Source: Thecamonas trahens ATCC 50062 (Eukaryota; Protista; Apusomonadida). From it: a DNA stretch of 64,000 nt. This document shows positions 9,207 to 16,727 of the stretch, piece by piece. The translations under genes were made by a program, and so were the position numbers. The stretch lies in NCBI RefSeq assembly GCF_000142905.1, contig NW_013657672.1, positions 451,826-515,825 of the forward strand, read 5' to 3'. Position 1 is the stretch's first letter. The number at the start of each line of letters is the position of its first letter. Under the pieces are notes generated by a model. That model was not told where the DNA came from. It searched no databases and worked only from the letters and a program-made list of their open reading frames with translations.

Positions 9207-12200
9207 TCATGACAGCGTCGGCAACGCAATGCCGCCGGGCGCAGCATCGGCCGACGACGCAGACGCCACATCGTCGTCAAGTGACATCGAGTCGAACAGC
9301 CGCGACGAATACGTCCGGATCCGGCTCGCCACCTCGTCGGGTGCGTCGTCGGCAGCAAGCGCACTAAGGAGCTCGGTGAGGTGGCTCTCACCGTTGAGCT
9401 CCTGTGTCCGCGCGAGATACGCCACCGAAAACGCCTCCTCCTGCGCAAGGATGAGCTTGGCCACCGAGGCGTACGCCGTCTCTACAAACTCGGGCGGCAC
9501 GTCAAGGCCATCTGCAAGCGCCTCATCGGCGCCCGACGATGCCGGGCCTGACGTGAGCGAGTCCAGGAACTGCGACATGGCGTCGTGGTTTGAGACCACA
9601 AACTCGTTCATCTTGGCCATGAACGGCTCTTTGCTCCCAAACTCCTTGCCGTTGGACAAGTTCTGGATGACCTTGGCCAGCAGAATAAGCACCCGCTGCG
9701 CCGACTTGTTCGGTGGGCCCTCGAGAAGGCCGTAGGCGTGCGGCGCCGTGAGCGCAGGAACCAGGAAGCGGAGGAAGAAAAATCCGCCGACCGTCACAGA
9801 TCGCAGGTCACTCTGCAGTCGCGCAAGAACGCGCCCGGCCTGCGGCGAGCCTGGATTCTGAACCGCAACCTGATCCTCCACAAACCGCGTTACAAGCTCG
9901 TAGTCGGATGCAATCGTGTCCAGGTTCTCCGACCATGCCGCAAGCAGCTGGTTGCGCTCAGCCTCGCTCACTCTCGTTGCGCCCAGTGCGTTCAGCAGCC
10001 GCGCAGCTTCGTCTTGCGACGTCGCCAGCGAAGCCGCTGCCGCACCGATTGTCTCATGGACTGACGACGCCAGCGACGCAAGCGAAATCGGAAACTTGGC
10101 GCTCGTGGCGCTCATCACCACAGCAAACAGCTCGCGGAACGATGGCGGCACGTTCTCCATCGACATCTGGATCCGCACCCATGCCGACTGGCAGAGCGTG
10201 AGGAGCTTGAACCGGTTGACGTCCACGTTCGAGTCGAGCAAGTCGACCTCGCCGTCGTCGGGTCCCGCCACCGACACACGCTTGGCATCAACCTCCACGC
10301 GCCCGTACTTGGACACTGCCTCCGCCACCACCATACCCAGCGTCGCCGACAGGTAGTCGATCCCGTGGATCTTCGAGAACACTTTGAACGCCTTGGTTGC
10401 CAGCGAGTTGGTTCGGAACAGCGTGTTGAGGGAGAGCGCGCAAGCCACCTCGGCTTGGACCTGCGCCGTGAGGAACGCCAGGCTCTGCCCGGCCGCCTCA
10501 TAGATGTGGACCAGCGATCGCGCGGCTAGATCCGCGTCTGCAGTCCCCACCACATCTGCCAGCGCCAGCGCCAACGCAAAGTCCGGTGGCCACGAGACCA
10601 TCGCCTTTTCCAGCGCGTCTCGCTTGACCCGGCTCAGCGGCGGCGCGCTCCGCGATCCCAACGTCCCGTACACTACCGCCCGACGCAGCTTGGCCGTCAG
10701 CTTGAGCGGCTGCACGCCTGCCTCGGCCTTGGATCGCATGTAGAGCCAGAGCCCGGTGAGAACGCCGGCAACCACTACAACAACAACCAGCACCACGGCA
10801 GCCACAATACCTCCCGTGTTTGACGAGCTCGGTGATGGAGTCACAACGCCCGCCACCGGGCACGCCGCCAGCGGCGTCTCACTTTCGCCGCACCCAGCCG
10901 ACGCCGTTGTGCACACCCCGCTGCTCGCGCACCAGCCACACTCGGCAAGGAGCGAGACTGTGCACTCGGCGCAAGTTCTCGGCATCCCACAATCATAGTA
11001 CGTGAACGACGACCCACTCGCATAGTTGCGCCCGCCCTTCGCCACCGTCATCGGCCCGCCGCCGGCCTCGCGCCCTGCAGGCATCGTACACTCGAGCGCA
11101 CTCGACGAGAGCCGCACACACACACCAGTTGCATCTGCAAGCGGATGGCTGATTGCGTAGTCGGTCCCGGCCACAAACGTGCCACCAGCCAGCACCACCC
11201 GCGTCCCACCCGCGAGCGAGCCCGATGTCGGCGAGCCCGCCCCGCCGGTCAGCGCCGGGCAGCTGGCGTCCGACGACGCAAACACGGGCAGACCGCCCGA
11301 GCACGCGCCTGCGGTGGTGCACTCGGACGACGAGAGGCACCATCCGCAGTCGGCCCCACCGGCAGTGCATGCCGAGCAAACGCTGCCTACGCATGCGTAG
11401 TACATCACAGAGAGCGTCGAGTCGGCCACCGTCGCCAGTCCGTCTGTTCCCGCCGCCGCCACCGCCGCCTGCCGCGACGCCGCTCCCTGCGACGCCGCCG
11501 GAATCGCGCACCGCACAACATGGCTCCCGTCGGTCGTCGCCGGTACCACAATCGGCGTGCCTGCCGCAGTAAACACGCACTCGAGCACTCCGGAGCTTGC
11601 CGCCCCGCCGCTCACCGCGCCTGCTCGCAGTGGGTCCAGCGTCAGCGTCAGCATCGTCCCGCCCGGCGCGCCTACCGACAGCGGACTCACCGACGCCATG
11701 CGCGGGCACTGACCGGCGGTAGTCACAAACGGCGAGTAACTCGCACACCCGGACGCCGGCAGACATCTTCCAGCAGAAACACAGAACCCACACGGCGATG
11801 CGTTCGGCACGTTTGGCACATACGCAAGGCACTCCGAGCATGATGAGCCTGCCGGTGCACACTCGTACGCCTCGAACTTCTTCTCCGGCGCAGAGAGCCG
11901 CTTGGCAGAGCCCGAGCGCCGCACACCCACGGTGAGCGCCATCGGCAGCTCCGCCGGCGGAAAAGTGCACACCAGCGACGGTGGCGAGCCTGAAAGAAAG
12001 GTCGTAGGCACCTCCATGCCGGCTTCGGCATCGTCTGCAGACGTGTTGTAGAGGCAGGCCATGCCGGCGTCAAAGCCGGTTCCAGTCAGCGTGACCAGGA
12101 GCTCGGCGCTCGAAATCTCTTGTGCACTCGGTGCAATCGAGGTAACGGCCGGGCAGTTGTGAAAGGTATCGCCGACGGCGCAACCGCCCTCGGTCCCCAC

Positions 12201-14255
12201 GTCGCGGCACGTCGAGTCGCTCTCGCACCAAAAGCACGAGTTTGAGCCAAACGCGCAGTCGGCACACGACGACGACGACTCGCCGCAGGTCACGTACCGG
12301 TAGCTCGCAAGCGGGTCGCTGCTTCCGATGAATGGCGTAAAAGCTCCGTCAATCGGCAGTGGCGGCAGCGTGCCGAGCACAAGCTCGAGGCTCACGTCGC
12401 CGCTGCTGCCGCCCACGGCGCTCGGCGCAACGCAGCTGACCGAGCTGCTCGTTGGGTTCCAGCTCGCACCCACAGCCACCGTCTTGTTGAACACACACGT
12501 GTAGCTCGTTCCCGCGATGCTTGGGTCAACAAAGCCCTGTCCGGTCAGTATCACCGAGTTGCCACCATCCGGCGGGCCCTTGGACGGCGCCACACGGCTA
12601 AGCGCGGGGCATGTCTCCGACACCACAAACGATGCTGCCTCGCATAGGCTTGCGATCGTCGACGATGGCGAGCAAAACCCACCGTAAGAAGGGCACCATG
12701 AGCAGACTCCTCCACCGGTCGCCACACACGCATGGCACGACGAGTTGCTCGATCCGCACGACACATACTCGAGCGAGTAGCTCTCGGGCGCATAGCTCGC
12801 GCCCAGGTGTTCCAGCGACATGTTGGCCGTCCCGGCCGGACCCGTCGGAATTAAAGCCCGAAGCTCGGTCTCGGAGACAAAGGTCGTGCTCGCCGTGCCG
12901 TAGCCCGTATCAAACCGAGCCGAGACCGCAGGCAAAACGTCGACAAAGCCTACACCAGTGATTGTGAGCTCGCCGCTGGCCGCGGTGTCGGCGACAACCG
13001 CGGTTGGGGCAATCGCCGTCACCGCCGGGCACACCGTCGGCGGCACACATACGCTGTCACGCTTCTCGGTGCAGGTCATCGTTGTCGCGCACCACGCGCA
13101 GTAGCCGTCAACCGCGCAGCTTGCGCACGAGGTATAAGAGCCGCAGTCATGGTGCTGGATTCTGGAGAGTACCGCAGGGTCACTGGCGGTCACCACAAAC
13201 ACCTCGTTGGTGTTGGGAACGAGAGCGTAGTCGCGCGTGCTGGACACCTTGTTCGACGTGAGCTCGAGCGTGTCGTACACACTCAGGTCTTCCGGATCAA
13301 ACCGAACAAGTGCGTTCGGTGACGAGGTGACAACAAAGAGAGCGTCGCCGTCGGCATCGTACCACATCGCACGGATGGTGCCCTTCGCGATGCCGAGGCC
13401 GACCACGGTTGGCGGGATGGACGTCTCGTCGAGGGCAAGAATAAAGTCCTGGTCGGTCGCGGCGAACATCTTCCGGCGGACCTCTGAGTATGCCAGCGCC
13501 ACGTAGTCGCAGCAACCGACCGTGTGGAAGGCGCCGTTGCGGGGGTTTGCTCGCTCAAGGATGGCGATGCGCGCCTGCTTCCACCCAATCCACACATGGG
13601 TGTCGGTGGCAGTGGCCACAAGTGTCTTCTCCTCGCATCCGCTCGGACTAAGCTGCGGAAGATCAAAGGCCTCGTTCCGGATGCCATCGTGGATGAGAAG
13701 TGGTGCAGAGGTACTGGCCTCACATAGGTACGTCACATCGTAGTCGGCGTCATGGAACATGACGTGGAGGCTTGTACCGTACGACTGGACGACAGTGCCT
13801 TCGGCCGGCGATGCAGTCCACGTACCCGAGGCCGGCGGAAAGGGGATGGTCACCGTGCTCCTGGGGCTTGCCCGCACGCCGACGATGAGATCGCCGTCGC
13901 TCCGCCGCGCCACGCCGACCGAAGACGAGTCCCAGGCGCGAAAGGCGACGACGCCGCTCGCTGACAGCCCGCCGTCCGCCTCGGCCTGCTCGTCAAAGGG
14001 CCACGTCGCCCGCGGCACCGACCACAGCACCTTGTTGCCGCAAAAGAAGAAACGATCCGTCGGCTGATCGTACATCATCGCCCGCACCACTCGATAGTCT
14101 CCGTGACTCTGCTCCTTGTTGGCCAGCTCAGCCATGCCAGAAAAGGCCGCAGCAGAGACAGCCAGCCAGCCTCCAACGATGGCCACACTCGCCAGGGCGA
14201 CCACGAGCCCATGCGCGGCACTTTCCCTGTCCGGTGTACCATACCGAGTACGCAA
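9207..14255 (-). CDS. Plexin-like single-pass receptor: signal peptide, beta-propeller, 6 PSI + 5 IPT/TIG, TM, cytoplasmic RasGAP
   Basis: Six CxxxxSCxxC...CxWC...CP PSI motifs alternate with IPT motifs (e.g. PSKGPPDGGNSVILTGQGF). TM IVAAVVLVVVVVVAGVLTGLWLY at about 10745-10810. RasGAP motifs TLFRTNS and GGFFFLRFLVPAL...AKVIQNL...KEPFM. The track start is TTG; the true ATG is probably 14212 or 14242 with a missing G. Confidence 0.88.
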   Translation of the reverse strand: MRTRYGTPDRESAAHGLVVALASVAIVGGWLAVSAAAFSGMAELANKEQSHGDYRVVRAMMYDQPTDRFFFCGNKVLWSVPRATWPFDEQAEADGGLSASGVVAFRAWDSSSVGVARRSDGDLIVGVRASPRSTVTIPFPPASGTWTASPAEGTVVQSYGTSLHVMFHDADYDVTYLCEASTSAPLLIHDGIRNEAFDLPQLSPSGCEEKTLVATATDTHVWIGWKQARIAILERANPRNGAFHTVGCCDYVALAYSEVRRKMFAATDQDFILALDETSIPPTVVGLGIAKGTIRAMWYDADGDALFVVTSSPNALVRFDPEDLSVYDTLELTSNKVSSTRDYALVPNTNEVFVVTASDPAVLSRIQHHDCGSYTSCASCAVDGYCAWCATTMTCTEKRDSVCVPPTVCPAVTAIAPTAVVADTAASGELTITGVGFVDVLPAVSARFDTGYGTASTTFVSETELRALIPTGPAGTANMSLEHLGASYAPESYSLEYVSCGSSNSSCHACVATGGGVCSWCPSYGGFCSPSSTIASLCEAASFVVSETCPALSRVAPSKGPPDGGNSVILTGQGFVDPSIAGTSYTCVFNKTVAVGASWNPTSSSVSCVAPSAVGGSSGDVSLELVLGTLPPLPIDGAFTPFIGSSDPLASYRYVTCGESSSSCADCAFGSNSCFWCESDSTCRDVGTEGGCAVGDTFHNCPAVTSIAPSAQEISSAELLVTLTGTGFDAGMACLYNTSADDAEAGMEVPTTFLSGSPPSLVCTFPPAELPMALTVGVRRSGSAKRLSAPEKKFEAYECAPAGSSCSECLAYVPNVPNASPCGFCVSAGRCLPASGCASYSPFVTTAGQCPRMASVSPLSVGAPGGTMLTLTLDPLRAGAVSGGAASSGVLECVFTAAGTPIVVPATTDGSHVVRCAIPAASQGAASRQAAVAAAGTDGLATVADSTLSVMYYACVGSVCSACTAGGADCGWCLSSSECTTAGACSGGLPVFASSDASCPALTGGAGSPTSGSLAGGTRVVLAGGTFVAGTDYAISHPLADATGVCVRLSSSALECTMPAGREAGGGPMTVAKGGRNYASGSSFTYYDCGMPRTCAECTVSLLAECGWCASSGVCTTASAGCGESETPLAACPVAGVVTPSPSSSNTGGIVAAVVLVVVVVVAGVLTGLWLYMRSKAEAGVQPLKLTAKLRRAVVYGTLGSRSAPPLSRVKRDALEKAMVSWPPDFALALALADVVGTADADLAARSLVHIYEAAGQSLAFLTAQVQAEVACALSLNTLFRTNSLATKAFKVFSKIHGIDYLSATLGMVVAEAVSKYGRVEVDAKRVSVAGPDDGEVDLLDSNVDVNRFKLLTLCQSAWVRIQMSMENVPPSFRELFAVVMSATSAKFPISLASLASSVHETIGAAAASLATSQDEAARLLNALGATRVSEAERNQLLAAWSENLDTIASDYELVTRFVEDQVAVQNPGSPQAGRVLARLQSDLRSVTVGGFFFLRFLVPALTAPHAYGLLEGPPNKSAQRVLILLAKVIQNLSNGKEFGSKEPFMAKMNEFVVSNHDAMSQFLDSLTSGPASSGADEALADGLDVPPEFVETAYASVAKLILAQEEAFSVAYLARTQELNGESHLTELLSALAADDAPDEVASRIRTYSSRLFDSMSLDDDVASASSADAAPGGIALPTLS

Positions 14256-14594
14256 GCACTAGAAAGATAGGTATGGAGATGTGGGCCAGAGAGAGTTCCT
14301 TTGCCATAGTGGCTGGTGATGTTCCTCGCGAACGAGCGTGGCGCACCTGGCAAGGCTTGCAAAGGTTGCAAAGGACTTCGGTATAAAAGAGCAAACTATG
14401 TTCTCAAAAAGCATTGTATCCTCTGCCGGGATTTTGCCCACCACCAGCGATTGTGGAACCTGTCGTCGGCAAAGGCGCCCTCTGCTTCGCCAGAACAGCC
14501 CGGGACGCAAGCCGGAGAGCCAAGACTCGGTCAAAGCCGCACCACTGCCGCCACCTCCTCCTCCACCGAGTACACCTCTCGCCTACAAGCTGGG

Positions 14595-16715
14595 ATGGGC
14601 CGCGCCGAATGTCCGGTCTGCTTTGGCACCTATCCCTCCGCCCTCATCCACGCCCACGTTCTGGTCTGCCTCCGCGCTCCCCCGCCTACGCTCCCGACCA
14701 TGGCCTGTCCGCTCTGTGCCCGTCGCTTTGCCCGCTCAATCATCGAGAGACACGCCGCCACATGCAATGGTCCGCCGCTGGCGCGGGCCTCGCCGCGGCT
14801 TGCGCCACCGCGTCGCGTCCCTACTCCTGCTCCGCGCTCCGCGCAGATCCCGCCGCTCGCGCAAGTACCGGTCACACTCCCGCCGCCGCCATCGTCGCCG
14901 ACGGCTAGATCGCTGCGCTCGCCTGTACGATCACCGGCCCACCCGCGCGTCATGCACTTTCCGCCGCCGTCGCCTTCGCTCGCTGCCTGTGCCGGCCGAG
15001 TTGCCTCGATCCTCACCGCCTTTCCCCGCCGCCCGCCGCACCCACATCCGTCACCGCGCGGCCAGCTCTCGCCACGCCCGCACATGCACTCGCGCCCGCT
15101 CGCATCTACGCTCCCGCTCCCGCTCCTGAATCCATCACCAAGCCACCGGTTGATGCCGCGGCAACCGGCATCGATCCGCACACCGCGAAATGCGATCGTG
15201 ACCGCACGGATGGCGTTCCCCAGTCCCGCCCCGGCTCCGGCTCTGTACGACGCTCCCAAGCTCGCCAAAGCGTTCTACTCTGCGACCACGTTTGCGAATA
15301 CCCTCTCGACCTTTGCCGCTATTGCTCACTCGGTCGGGCTCGACGATCTGCCGGTGGCGGAGCGGTACCCGGTCCTCCGCGACGCGTGCTTTGGACATAT
15401 GCGGCTGCGGCAGATATTCCGCCAGCACCTTGACCCGCTCCGTGCACGCGAGGGCTACGCGTCCGCCCCGTGCACCGGGATGCGGGTCCTGGTTCTCGGT
15501 GCCGGTCCGGGTGGCCTGCGGACCGCCATCGAAGCGGCGGTCCTCGGTGCTGAGGTGCTGGTCGCCGAGAAGCGGCACAGGTTCTCGCGGCACAACGTGC
15601 TGCACCTGTGGAAGTTTATGGTCGCCGACTGTCAGGCGCTCGGAGTCAAGGCGCTCGCGCCACGGTTCTGCCGCGGCGGCCTCAACCACGTCTCGATCAA
15701 AGCGCTTCAGCTTGCGCTCACCAAAATTGCGCTCCTCGCCGGCGCCGTCGTGGTGCCGGGCCAGTCCGTGGCGGGCGTCTCGGCCTTTGACAACGATAGG
15801 GAGCGGTGGCATGTCGAGCCCGAGGCGGGCACCGAGCTGGCGCCGCGGGTTGCGGACTTTGACTTTGATGTGGTGGTCGGCGGGTGCGGATCGGCGGCTC
15901 CGCGGCTCCGCGGCTTTACATCGTCGACGTTTCGGGCGAACGTGGCCATTGGCATCACCGCCAACTTTGTCCGCCGCGGCTCCGCCGCCGAGTCCAAACT
16001 CCATGAGATCCCAGGCATTGGCCGGCAGTACCATCCGCAGGTCTTCAACGCCATCGAGGCCGAGACCGGTGTCGCACTCGAGAACCTGGTTTACTATCAG
16101 GACGAAACACACTACTTTGTCATGACCGTCTCCCGCGACTCGCTTGTGGCCCGCGGCGCGGTCATTGCTGACCTCCCCAGCATCGACGCGCTCCTCGCCC
16201 GCGACAACATCGACTGCGACGCACTGCACGCCCTGTGCATGGACGTTGCGCTAGCAGCAACCCGGCTGCTCGCCGGCGCTGAGCTGCCCGAGCCCGAGTT
16301 TGCGCTCACAGCACGCGGAGCGCCCGACGTCGCTGTCTTTGACTTTACCGAGATCTCGTACCTTGACGCTTCGGCGCGGGTAGAACTCGCTCGCCGCGGC
16401 TCCAGCGAGCGCTCGCTGATCCTTGCTCACGTCGGAGACGCATTGCTTGAGCCGTTTTGGCCGCAGGGTACCGGCGCGTCGCGGGCTTTTCTCTCCGCGC
16501 TCGACCTCGCGCACATGCTTGTCCGACTTGCTGGTGGCACTCCGGTGCCCGAGGCGCTTGAGGAGCGTGAGCGCGTCTATGCGCTCCTCTCGTCGACGAC
16601 TGACGGCAACATTCGCAAGACCTTTGCCTCACACACTCACGAGCCGGCCAGTCGGTACGACTTTGTGCCGCCACCGTCGGGACGCGACGTGTCTGATCTC
16701 ATTACCAGCGTGTAA
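14595..16715 (+). CDS. MICAL: MICAL-type FAD monooxygenase with two N-terminal UBZ/C2HC-like zinc fingers
   Basis: VLVLGAGPGGLRTAIE...EKRHRFSRHNVLHLW...FCRGGLNHVSIKALQ; AIGITANF; LENLVYYQDETHYFVMT; DVAVFDFT; VGDALLEPFWPQGTG are MICAL monooxygenase signatures. N-terminal CPVC..HVLVC and CPLC..HAATC. ATG at 14595; the frame is open from 14316. Confidence 0.9.
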   Translation: MGRAECPVCFGTYPSALIHAHVLVCLRAPPPTLPTMACPLCARRFARSIIERHAATCNGPPLARASPRLAPPRRVPTPAPRSAQIPPLAQVPVTLPPPPSSPTARSLRSPVRSPAHPRVMHFPPPSPSLAACAGRVASILTAFPRRPPHPHPSPRGQLSPRPHMHSRPLASTLPLPLLNPSPSHRLMPRQPASIRTPRNAIVTARMAFPSPAPAPALYDAPKLAKAFYSATTFANTLSTFAAIAHSVGLDDLPVAERYPVLRDACFGHMRLRQIFRQHLDPLRAREGYASAPCTGMRVLVLGAGPGGLRTAIEAAVLGAEVLVAEKRHRFSRHNVLHLWKFMVADCQALGVKALAPRFCRGGLNHVSIKALQLALTKIALLAGAVVVPGQSVAGVSAFDNDRERWHVEPEAGTELAPRVADFDFDVVVGGCGSAAPRLRGFTSSTFRANVAIGITANFVRRGSAAESKLHEIPGIGRQYHPQVFNAIEAETGVALENLVYYQDETHYFVMTVSRDSLVARGAVIADLPSIDALLARDNIDCDALHALCMDVALAATRLLAGAELPEPEFALTARGAPDVAVFDFTEISYLDASARVELARRGSSERSLILAHVGDALLEPFWPQGTGASRAFLSALDLAHMLVRLAGGTPVPEALEERERVYALLSSTTDGNIRKTFASHTHEPASRYDFVPPPSGRDVSDLITSV

Positions 16716-16727
16716 TTCGCCCTTCTT

